From Fonticula-like sp. SCN 57-25 (lineage: Eukaryota): DNA of 47,034 nucleotides. The DNA lies in the NCBI GenBank assembly GCA_001724245.1, contig MEDX01000017.1, positions 1 through 47,034 on the forward strand. The letters run 5' to 3'. Shown here piece by piece: positions 21,482-31,554 of this stretch. A program made the position numbers and the translations under genes. The notes below the pieces were generated by a model. That model made no database searches and had not been told where the DNA came from. It worked only from the letters and a program-made list of their open reading frames with translations. The stretch's first letter is position 1. The number at the start of each line of letters is the position of its first letter.

Positions 21482-22729
21482 ATGACGCCCGATCGTGACG
21501 AGATCAACGATCCCGGCGGCTATGCGCAGCTCGCCGAGCTGCTGCGGAACGTGTGCTCGATCTGCTTTGATCGTCGCTGTGACTTTTCACTCCCCTCCTG
21601 CCAGGACCAGTTCTGCCGTCCATGCATGTCGCGCTATCTCTCCGACTGCGTCGGCACCGCCTGGGGCGCGTACGGCGGACCCCGCGTCATCAAGTGCCCC
21701 TCCTGCCGGGATCCCATCTCGACACGCACCTGGATGCGCTACGCCGACGACGCGACCGTGGAGCGCTACAACGACTTTTGCCGCCCCTTCCGCTCCCCGA
21801 TGCGCACGTGCCAGCTGTGCCGCCACGACAACCGCATCCTACCCGCCCCCATCGCGGACGCGGCCGACTTTGACAACGTGAGCGACACTGTCCTGGCCGT
21901 CCTTCGCGACGAGCTGGACGCCGGCGACGCGCTCTGCGATCACATGGCAAGCGAGTTACATAACGTCAAGTGCGGTACTGCGACCGTCCTGGCCGTCTAC
22001 GAGCACATCGCCGGCGCTCTGCTCGGCGACGGCGGCGCGGCCGCCGGCGGCCATACGCGCTTTGCCGTCAGCGAGTCGCTTGGCGCCAAGCGGCGGCGCG
22101 TCGGCAGCTCGGCGCGCTGCTCGGCGCTGCATGCACTCGAGCAGCTCACGCGCCTCGAGCGCAATGCGGAGCGCTGGACGGCGCTCCTGCGTACCCACAT
22201 GCGCCTCGCCGTGCCTGCCCACGCGTCCACTTGTGCGCGCTGCTCCGCGCAGCTCTGCCTGCAGTGCGGCGAGCCGTCGTGGCATGCGCTGCAGACGTGC
22301 GAAGAGTTCCTTGCCGCGCGGGCGCCCGCGCTTGACGACGAAAGCCGCGCGACGGTCGCGTGGAAGCTCGAGTTTGGCAAGCGGTGCCCCGCGTGCGCCG
22401 TACTCATCTGCAGGGAGGAGGGGTGCAACAAGGTCGACTGCCTGCAGTGTGGGCACGAGTTTTGCTGGGCATGCCGCCGGCCGTGGTCAAAGGACTGCGG
22501 CTTCTTCAGATGCAGGGACGGCGACGTAGAGGCTGGCGATGAACAGGCATCCGACGCGGGCAAGCAGTCAAAGACGGAGAACGGCGTGCCAAATGCCGAC
22601 GCGGTCACGCAGAGAGTCGCGCAGAGGGTTGATGCGCGCAGGGCGGCCACCAAGAGGGCCGCACGAAAGCGGGCCGCGACCATGCACAAGGACTGGCTCT
22701 TGCATGGCGGCGGCGGCGCTTCGTGGTAG
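21482..22729 (+). CDS. RBR (RING1-IBR-RING2) E3 ubiquitin ligase; 5' end uncertain
   Basis: RING1 CSIC..CQDQFCRPC..IKCPSC; IBR-like CARC..LCLQCGEPSWH..TC; RING2 KRCPAC..I.REEGCNKVDC..CGHEFCWAC. Confidence 0.88.
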   Translation: MTPDRDEINDPGGYAQLAELLRNVCSICFDRRCDFSLPSCQDQFCRPCMSRYLSDCVGTAWGAYGGPRVIKCPSCRDPISTRTWMRYADDATVERYNDFCRPFRSPMRTCQLCRHDNRILPAPIADAADFDNVSDTVLAVLRDELDAGDALCDHMASELHNVKCGTATVLAVYEHIAGALLGDGGAAAGGHTRFAVSESLGAKRRRVGSSARCSALHALEQLTRLERNAERWTALLRTHMRLAVPAHASTCARCSAQLCLQCGEPSWHALQTCEEFLAARAPALDDESRATVAWKLEFGKRCPACAVLICREEGCNKVDCLQCGHEFCWACRRPWSKDCGFFRCRDGDVEAGDEQASDAGKQSKTENGVPNADAVTQRVAQRVDARRAATKRAARKRAATMHKDWLLHGGGGASW

Positions 22730-23048
22730 ACCCAAAGGACGCATGTTTGTGTATTGTGAATTGTGTATGTTTTGTGCATGTTTTGAGTGATATTTGTGCA
22801 TTGTGTATGTTTAGTGTATGTATGTGCGCCTTGTGTGTATTGTGTGTTTTTACCAGTAATGTTGTGTTTCGTGCAGTATCCTATGTCATGTTGAGATTGA
22901 TGTTTCTATTGTGTTGGTATAAAGTTATTTGTCGTGATCGTGCGTATTGGTGTTTTTGGCATTATTCGCGTCCCCTCCTCATTATGGAATACTTTTTTAT
23001 ATTATGCGCTGTAATACAGAAATGCAGTCACATTCTTTCAAAACTCTT

Positions 23049-23582
23049 TCACTTGGTCTCCCATTCAAAGTACCCGCCGGGACCGCTGCGCTCGATCGAG
23101 CTGCTGACAAACGCGCCGTTCTCGAGCAGAGTCCGAATCTGCTGCATGTCGGTCGACGTCGGTACGGTGTACTCTTGGCCGGCGCGGTGCACGCGCACGC
23201 CCTCGGACGCCGAGCTGAGCAGCTTGGGCGCATCGCCCTCCTCGGACACGGCAATGTCGACATCGCGGCATCCATCAAGCGTCATCAAAGGCGCCGAGCC
23301 CGTCACGGTGCAGCGCACAGCGCGAATCGCCTCGACCGACGAAATCACCTTTTCAAAGACGAGCGTGACGTCCGTGCAGTCCTCGAGGATGATGCGCGCG
23401 CCCTTGCCGACCGCGTCAACGCGGATCCCGCTTGACGACCGAATGTGAAGCATGTCCTGCATGTTCAGCGTCACCGAATGAGTTCCGCTCGTGGCGTTTT
23501 CAATAACATGCTGCTGGCGAGTACGGCTCAGCTGCGAAAAGATGCCCATCAGCGAAGGGCCGCCGCTCGCATAGCCGCTCAT
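23049..23582 (-). CDS. Stand-alone C-CAP/cofactor-C-like beta-helix protein (adenylate cyclase-associated protein C-terminal-like)
   Basis: LHIRSSSGIRVDAVGKGARIILEDCTDVTLVFEKVISSVEAIRAVRC..MTLDGC..LLSSASEGVRV shows the CARP-like repeating beta-strand pattern. Confidence 0.65.
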   Translation of the reverse strand: MSGYASGGPSLMGIFSQLSRTRQQHVIENATSGTHSVTLNMQDMLHIRSSSGIRVDAVGKGARIILEDCTDVTLVFEKVISSVEAIRAVRCTVTGSAPLMTLDGCRDVDIAVSEEGDAPKLLSSASEGVRVHRAGQEYTVPTSTDMQQIRTLLENGAFVSSSIERSGPGGYFEWETK

Positions 23583-23782
23583 GGTGAAGGATAGGAATTT
23601 GGCGGGAAACAAAAGGACGACCAATCAGGAAGGAGATTTTGTACCGTTCAACAAAGCAGCAACGAAAGGGATCTTTTCTGTGCGCGCTTGGCGGTTGCAA
23701 GCAGCAGCGCAGTCTTTGCCGGCAATGTGAAAGACGAGAGACGCCCGAGGCGCTGCGGGATGAAACATGCTCCTGCCGCGAC

Positions 23783-23794
23783 AGTGACGTCACT
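23783..23794. promoter_or_regulatory. Perfect palindrome AGTGACGTCACT (CRE/ATF-bZIP-type site) in a divergent promoter
   Basis: 12-bp perfect palindrome containing TGACGTCA, 25 nt upstream of the ATG at 23820. A CCAATCAG box lies at 23621-23628. Confidence 0.45.
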
Positions 23795-23819
23795 TGATCA
23801 TCCCGCACCATCGTCGCCA

Positions 23820-24114
23820 ATGTGGTGGCCGATCACGCTCGCCTCTCTTGTAGCTGCCAAAAAGGCCCTCGTATGGGGCCTCGCGCGCGTACGCGCAACA
23901 TGAATATAAGTTCTTTATGTTTTTGCTTACAGTATGTGGCTTTTTGGTATGGATACAGTTTTATGGGTTCCCGCGGATATATCGTCACATCGCCCGCCTT
24001 GCTCGCCGCTCGATCACCAACCCTTCTTCGCGCGCCCTCATTATTCGAACGACAAAAAAGGTCATCATGCTTCCATATACTGCTGCCGCGTGGCTGCGGG
24101 GGCGTATGATGTAG
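23820..24114 (+). CDS. Putative 74-aa basic microprotein, 2 exons (23820-23888, 23959-24114)
   Basis: ATG at 23820, GTACGC donor at 23889 (the genome consensus) and TACAG acceptor at 23958. Joined frame: MWWPITLASLVAAKKALVWGLAR|FYGFPRIYRHIARLARRSITNPSSRALIIRTTKKVIMLPYTAAAWLRGRMM*. Confidence 0.55.
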
Positions 24115-24414
24115 CATGCCGGCTTCGATGACACGACGGAGAACCATACACTAGTTTTTGCGTTTGCAAGCCATGACAACCATGCTCTGCTGAACTGCTG
24201 TTTTGTCCGTATATCGTATTATGATATGTACTGCAAGCGGAACGAATGTACTATTTGGTACACAGTGCAATTATTTTCTGTGTCGCTTGTACCTCAACAA
24301 CACCTTCACACCTGCCAATAAGATGACAAGCAAAATCGTCTCATGTATATCTTTTGGTTAGTAGATGGTTCCTCTTTCATTCTGTTTCACTCCACAGAGA
24401 CGAATTCGCCGACG

Positions 24415-24938
24415 ATGGGTTTGATGCACATTGTGCTGGTGCGCGCCAAGCCGACGGCCAGCCCGGCCGCCCTGGCGACCATGGTGTCCGAGATCCAGGG
24501 AATGGCCAGCAAGATGCCCGGCCTCGTGACCCGCATCACCGTGGGCGACTCGGTGCTGGACGATGGCGCCGCCGACCGCCGCAAGGGATTCACGCACGGT
24601 ACGCTCGCACCCCTGACCTAGTCGCGATGACTAAGGCATTCGGTAGGCTTCACCGTCGAGCTGAAGGATCGCCAGGTACGCCTTTTGTCCACATTGAACG
24701 CTTTAAAACCCTATCATTTGATCTTTTGTATCCCTTGATGCAATCTGGCCATCTCTCTCAGTTTGCTGACAAACGCGACCTCAGAGCCTCAGCGCCTACA
24801 TTGAGCACCCGGAGCACGAGCGCGTGCGCGATACGCACATCCGCCCCAACACCGAAGGTGCGCCGCTTTGTATAGACTTCTTCTCGCCGTATACTGATTC
24901 CCTCTCTAGATCTGCTCGCCTTTGACTATGAGATCTGA
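24415..24938 (+). CDS. Stress-responsive A/B barrel (Dabb) domain protein, 4 exons
   Basis: Spliced product MGLMHIVLVRAKP...RRKGFTHG|FTVELKDRQ|SLSAYIEHPEHERVRDTHIRPNTE|DLLAFDYEI*. HIVL, GFTHG, Y..HP.H and FDY are Dabb hallmarks. Confidence 0.9.
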
Positions 24939-25105
24939 TCGCGCAGTTCAATCCCTGCCGCTCGCACATCTTTGCGAAATGTCACTACTTTATAATAATC
25001 TTTATAATAATAATAGTAAAAGACACAAAAAGAAACGTCTAGCGAATCCAAAAAGCCACCAAAATTTGCAAGATGCTTCATGTACACTGGGGCGCGGTCT
25101 CTAGT

Positions 25106-28100
25106 CTAGTCGTCGTCGTCGTCGGACGCCCCGAGCATCGCCTCACCCGTCTGCGCCGCTCCGCTCTCCCTCCGGATGGCGTCCACCCACGCCTCGACGC
25201 TCTCCTCCGTAGACGGCACCATGTAATAATACTTTCGCTTGGACACGATCACGAACCCGGCGCCGTGCGTGTTTGGGTTCTTGCTGTTGGCGAGCACGCC
25301 ATTGGCTTGCTCGTGCTCTGCGATGCGGTGGACGGTCGTGTCGCCCAGCAGGATGACGTTGATTGGCGTGTCGTCGGTCGGCGTCTTGTAGTACGCAAGC
25401 ATGCCCGCCTTTAGCACGACAAACCTGCTCTTCCACTTTGTCACCTGCTCGCGATCGCCGCTGCTCGTCGACGCCTTCATCATAAAGTCGCTCAGGACGC
25501 TGTACATGAGCGCGGGCGTCCCGACGACGGCGCTGAGGCTGCTCGACGCGACAGTGTTGTGCGCGTACGAGCTGATCGTCTTTGACAGGGACGCCATGCT
25601 GAGCCGCGACAGCGCGCCCAGCCGCGCCCTCCCTGTCGTCGGCGGCGCCGCTATAGACGCTGCAGCCGACGTCGACGAGAGGGCCGACATGGACGGCGAC
25701 GTTGCCGACGTCCGGCGCGTCCCGAGCGCCGACGCGATCTGCGACTGCAGCCCGTTGACCCACATGGTCATGTCCGACTTGCTGCGCGCGACCATGTAGT
25801 ACGTGCGCTCCTCGTCGCCTTCGTCGCCGACCGTGAAGCAGAACGGGAAGCGCGGGTGCGCAAACTCGCTCACGCGCACGCCCCGCCCGCTCACGCCCAA
25901 AAGATTGATCGTCCCGCGCGCCAGGCCCTCATTCGACGCCTCGTGCGGGTCCTTAAAGTACACAAGATGGTGACCGCGCAGAACAAACCAGCGGTTCTTC
26001 CACGTCCTGGTCACGCCGCCTTCCTTTGTCAGCCAGCCGCTCATCACGGTCGACGCGCGCGACATTGTAATTACAGGAACATACGCGCCGGCCTCGGACG
26101 GCGACGCACCGCCCGCAGCGGCAGCAGCCTGGTCAGCGACAGCTGCAGACGCCTCGCCACCGACGCTGCGCACAATCGCAGAGCGAAGCGAGGGGCGTAG
26201 CAGCCAGAGCACGTTCAAAAGAATCTCGAGCCAGTCCTGAAGATCGCTCTCCGTATCGGCCACAAGATCAACCGTATTCGACGTCAGTTCAAGCTGGAAA
26301 CCGCGCTGCGACTGCAAAAAAAAAGGTTACAATGTGCGGCAAAGTGAAAAAGGGAGCGTACAGTGCGCTCGACGCGCGCGCATTCACGCATGTCGAGAGC
26401 GCCCGTCGGGTCCGTGTCCGAATCGCCTTCACGGTAAAACTTGAGGCGGCCGTTGTGTAGGATGAAAAAGCGCCGCTTCCATGTCTTGATCAGGTCGCCG
26501 CGCTTCATCAGGTACCCTTCCTTGTGCAGGGCGGCCACGGCAGGGTCCACGGCAGAGTGCGTCGACGACACTGACTTTACCGACGCCACCGAAGATGGCC
26601 TGCAAGTCGTGTCAGCGCGCGGCCAAAGGAGCAGCAAAACAAAGCATACCTATCCGCGTGAAGGGCGGTGCTACGCTTGGCAAACTGGCGGTGAATCACG
26701 CGGCCGACCTCGTCAACCCACTGGTGGCACTCTTCAGCAGAGTCCGCCGCAAACAGGTAGATGCGGTCCGCCGTAACAACCTCGAAACCATACTCTGTGG
26801 CCACGTGAGCAAAAGGAAAAGAGGTGAAAAAGACGCACCAACGTCGGCGAGGTCCGCGTCCACGGGCCGCACGGCCGAGCACTTTGTAATGTCGATGACG
26901 CCCTTTGGCGTAATGTCCTCGCTCGTCTTAAAGTACGAGAGCGTGTGGAAGGTCAATACGAACCACCGCTGGTGCCATGTCTAACAACATAGATCAGAAA
27001 GCGCCAATCAAGCCGAGCGTACGCACCTTGTAATTTCCGCCGATCTTGCGCAGCGACCCTGCTGTCAGCGCGCCCGCCGGGAGATTCGCCTACAGCGTGT
27101 TAGCCCACACGGCGCCACGAAATTCAATGACGTACGACAGAGCGAACGCTGACGTCAAACTTGCGCGCGGTACCGCCCAATTGCCGCACCTCGTCCGTGA
27201 TCAGCCAGTAGAGCAAAGGCAGGACGCGGTCGCGATACATAAAGATGAAAAACAAATTCTAGAGCGCAGTCAGCACATGCATAAAGACCATTCCAAACGT
27301 ACGTCTGCCAGCCGGTCGCGCTCGCTGGCGGCGGTCGTTGAGCAAATTGCGCTCAAGAGCGGCATGCCGCCCTCGTCTTCAACAAGAAGGTCCACAAACT
27401 GGTCCGGCCGCGCGGCCATATTCGACAGCACCGTGTTGGCTTCCTGAATGCGGGTGCCGCCGAGCCGCACGAGCAACGACGGCATGTCCAGCCGCAGCGC
27501 GTCCTCGAGCCGGTCGGCAAGCTGCGACGACGCCTGTACAATGTCAGTAAGGCGCGGCGCAGGCGCCTTTTCCACGGGCGTCGCCGCCTCTGCCGGCCGC
27601 TCATCGCTCCGCGCAAAGGACGAAAGGTACGCCTCCACATCGCGCGACCGCTCGCCGACGACACCATTGAACCACACCATGAACCCTTCCTTGCTGCCAA
27701 ACTCGACGCCGTTGGCCAGGTTCTGCAGCACCTTGGTGACTAGCACAAGCGCGCGCTTTGTCCGCGGCGCTTCGGCGTCCGCCGTCGACAGCAGATCAAA
27801 GGCCGCCGGCTGCGCCAACGCAGGACAAAAGTAGCGGAGGAACAGGAAACCGCCTGAGCGCCCAGTCAGTATCTATTCGTAAAAACTAAAAGATATAACG
27901 CACCGACCGCCTTGCTGGCGCTCTTTCCGCCCGGGTACCGCGCGCCAACCTCCTCGTACAGGTGCTTGCAGACGCTCTCGAGCTCGCTTGGCATCTCTGA
28001 GCGCGCGCCGAGGATGGCCGACAGGAACGAGTCGACGACCTCGACAAGCCGTTCCCTGTTGCCCTCGATCGACTCGTCCGCAGCGATGCGCGACTCGTCC

Positions 28101-29910
28101 ACCTCGCACGACACGGCCGACGCCGACAGCTCGGCGATGGGCGCCGCCAGTACCGCGCGCAGGTATGAGCCGCCGACCGAATGCGCAAACTTTTTCATCA
28201 CCTTTGACGCGAGGCTGTCGAGGCGGAAGAGCGTAGACGGGTCGCGTGCCGCGGGCTCGCTCGGCGGAATGGCAAACTCGACGCGCGTCGGGCTCAGCAG
28301 GCTCGCGTCGCTGCTGTCAGAGTCGCCGCCGCCAATCGTGCTCGAAAGGCGGCTGCGGCGTTCCCGGTCATTGTCGCTCCGCAGAGCGCTGTTGCGCTGC
28401 TGAGTCGCTACCGTCATGTAGTACGCGTCGTCCTGAGCGGCGCGCTCCTCGGACACGGGCGTGTGCTGCGGGGGGATAAGAAGCGAAGTGTGCGAACGCA
28501 TCGTCGGAATCGCCGCTTCGTCATCGCTGCTCAGCACACTACTACCATGTAAGCAAACTGCAAAACCAAACTGAGAGGCGTACAGGGGCTGGTGCGTCGG
28601 CGCAGCGGCACGCGCGCCTTCGTCGTCGGACGCGTCGGGCGCCTCCGTGTCAGCCGGTGCCGCTGTGCGCGACGGCGGAACGGACGCGCTGTCGCGCAGC
28701 GGCGCAGCGGCGACCGCGACAACCGGCTGCTGTTTCTCAACCACTGGCGCCGCCGGCGGCATCCATGCGGCGGCGGCGGCGGGGTCGGCGCGGACCGCTT
28801 CAATGATGCCGAGCCATTGCGCGCGCTCCTCGAGCGAGTCGGCGTAAAAGTTGTACGAGCGAGCCGCATGCTTGATGACAAACGCGCACGGTACGCCAAG
28901 GTCTTCTGCGGAAACGGCCGACTCGCACTCAGTAAGGTCAATCACGCCAAGCGGTTCCGCGTCCTGCAGCGAGCGTGTCAGTAAAACATCAAAATAATTC
29001 GCGGCGTACCTCGAGCCACTTTACGAAATAGAGCTTGGTGCCCGCGAGAACAAACCAGCTGCGCTTCCACATCTTTTGCTGGCTCATTTTTCCGCTAATC
29101 ATAAAGAGGCGACCCTTGTGCCTGCACGCCGCGAGCACGGCGGCCATTTGTATCCCTTCTGTGTCGCCGCACTTGCCCTCGTCGTCTGCGTCGGCGACCT
29201 CGGCGCCGGCGTCTCCGTCAGAGTCCACCGCCAGCTTGCTGATGCTTTCCGTGGACAGGTGCGTATTAATCAGCTGCGACGAGCGGGGAACGTCAAAGGC
29301 CCCGCTCGATCCGAACCGCTTCAGCACAGACATCCAGTCCTCACGATCCTTGCGCGACTCGGCAAAGAGACTCACTTGATTGTGCCGCAGAATGATCTCA
29401 AAACCCCAGCCAGACTCGCCCTTCTCCACCTGAAACCCTTCGCTCAGGTCAAAGTCGCCGATGCGCTCCTTGTCGGCGCCATCCGTCTTGTAGTACGCTA
29501 ACGTGCGGCCATCAAACTCAAAAAACCGCCGCTTCTTTGACTGAAAAACACAACAAAATCAGCCCAAGTTTGCCAATGCCAATAAAGAAAATAGTGCGCG
29601 TGCGCACCAATTGAGAAAAGCTCTTCATGACACTAGACTTTTCGCGATGCCCGCCGCCCTGCTTGGACATCCAGCCCTGCTTTACCAGCTGGCCCATCGG
29701 CTAAACAAGCTACGCGTCAGCACCTTCATTGACCCAAACATCGCCCAGAAAGGGGAATGACAAAAGAGAGAGAAGACGCACGCGCAAAGAGCCCGGCAAC
29801 TTTGGCGACACTGCTGGCGGCAGCGGTGCCTTGTCGGCCGTCGGGGACGGGGCCGATTTGTCGGTCGGCGAAGCAGCCGCCGAAAAGCCAAACCGACCTC
29901 GAATCGACAT
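25106..29910 (-). CDS. RasGAP with six PH domains (PH-PH-RasGAP-PH-PH-PH-PH), multi-exon
   Basis: RasGAP motifs TLFRLDSLASK (arginine finger), FLFLRYFCPALAQP and LVTKVLQNLANGVEFGSKE. PH signatures: KQGWMSKQGG..KKRRFF; WKRSWFVL..AQW; LRKIGG..TWHQRWFVL; EGYLMKRGDLIKTWKRRFF; SGWLTKEGG..TWKNRWFVL; KWKSRFVVL..EAWVDAI. Confidence 0.88.
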
Positions 29911-30870
29911 GGTGTTTCACGCGAAAGAAGCGGCCAAAATCAAATATATAAAAACAAATACAGCTAGCGAGCCCTGAGGCCCCTGCTTCGTGACGCGGCT
30001 TCCCCCGCTACCGAAGCGCGCGCTAGGAAAATGCTGCCCGGCGCTTGGCCCGTGGCGTGTTTGCTGCGCGGACAGAACCCGCCGTGGGGCTTCTCTGATT
30101 GGTCAAATCTCAGATACGAGCAACAAAACGAAGAGCCCCAAAGTTGGCGGGAAACCCGGGGGGACCGAGTGGAATGGGCGCGGAAAGAGAGGCGGGGCAA
30201 CGCAAATGCGCATGCCACACATAGAGTAAGGAAAGAGGTATGACCAGGAAGGAGGGCCACCGTAAAGGGAGCATTTTCAGGTCTTTTTTGGAGAAAAATG
30301 TAGATAATTGGACATCATCAGGAATGCTTTGGATAGTTTTCAAGCTAAATGAAGAGCATAAGCGAATATATACATTATAGCGACGTCTGAGAAACTGCAT
30401 TCGTCTCACTTCAATTTTGGACAAAATGAAACATGCTTTTCAAAATTATCTCTAAGTTATCTCAAATGCATGATAGCCAGTCTTCATCTTCATTTCCAGA
30501 AATTTTAACTTTGGTGAATACAAAAAGGTGGCTTATTAAATTGTATTTTTGCTGAAATAATTGTCCTTTGGTACGTTGCAAATAACTGTGCAAGCGAGTT
30601 TGAATACGCATTGTTTGGGCTCGTGGAACGAAAAATACCGAAAAATACCGAAAAAATGCGTGGAAAAAAACTTCCTACACATAAAAGGGTTCTTTCCGCT
30701 TTTTCTCACCTTGTCAACATGCTCTACTCACTGCGGTGCTGTTCACGTTATAAAATTGTGTCTTTTCTCCGTTTTCGCCGTGCTATTCTTTGAAATATGT
30801 CTTGCTCCCTGTTCTCTAGCTGGTCACCCCACAGATCATTCAGTTTGCAGTTTGCACTTGGTTGGTCATC

Positions 30871-31313
30871 ATGGCCGAGTGGGATGATGTCGTGTTCCTG
30901 GAGGAGCGGTACGCGCCCATATACCCCGCTGGTTTCCCTCACACGCGTGGTACAGCATGCTTGACGCCGGCTGGGATGAAGGCCTCGAGGCGGGCGAGCG
31001 CGCGGGCTTTCTCGAGGGTCGCTCGATTGGCGTAGTGAACGGGCATCGCATCGGCTACGAGCTTGGCTTTTTGCTTGGCGCGGCCGAGGCGTGTCGCATG
31101 GCGCTCGGCAAGACGGACCCTCGGTGGGAAAAGATAGAAAAGGCGCTCGACGGCATGGAGGCCGCGGTCAAGGCCGTACCGACGGATCCGACGGACGAAT
31201 CGCTGCAGGAGGCGATGGCCAAGGCGCGCGCCAGGATGCGCCTTCTCAACGCGCTGCTCCCCGCTCACCAGAGGATCCCCTTTGGAGTCGAGTCGTCCAA
31301 ACTCCAATATTAA
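30871..31313 (+). CDS. LTO1: LTO1/ORAOV1 (Yae1-N deca-GX3 family; ABCE1/Rli1 Fe-S maturation adaptor), 2 exons
   Basis: MAEWDDVVFLEER|MLDAGWDEGLEAGERAGFLEGRSIGVVNGHRIGYELGFLLG shows GX3 repeats; the protein ends in the aromatic tail LQY*. Intron at 30909-30955. Confidence 0.85.
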
Positions 31314-31554
31314 TGCAATGCTATCTACACTACCCGACGTGTCCGTCGGCATTTGTCTGTATATACTTTTTGTATCATATATACCGTAGGCACCATAATA
31401 ATGCATGGTAATGCATCGTTCTGTAAAGATGTTCTGTTGCTCATGCGGCATCACGATGAAAGCGATAAAACTGTATTGAAAAAACGCCGGAAACACAAAA
31501 AGAAATGAACGAGCAACAAAGGCCATGATGATACACTCCGTCTTGCGGCTTGTC

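Noticed and set aside
22723-23040. ORF 22723-23448 and TG-rich repeats
   Set aside because: This is low-complexity TTGTGT-rich 3'UTR/intergenic sequence running into the antisense strand of the C-CAP-like gene, not a credible protein.
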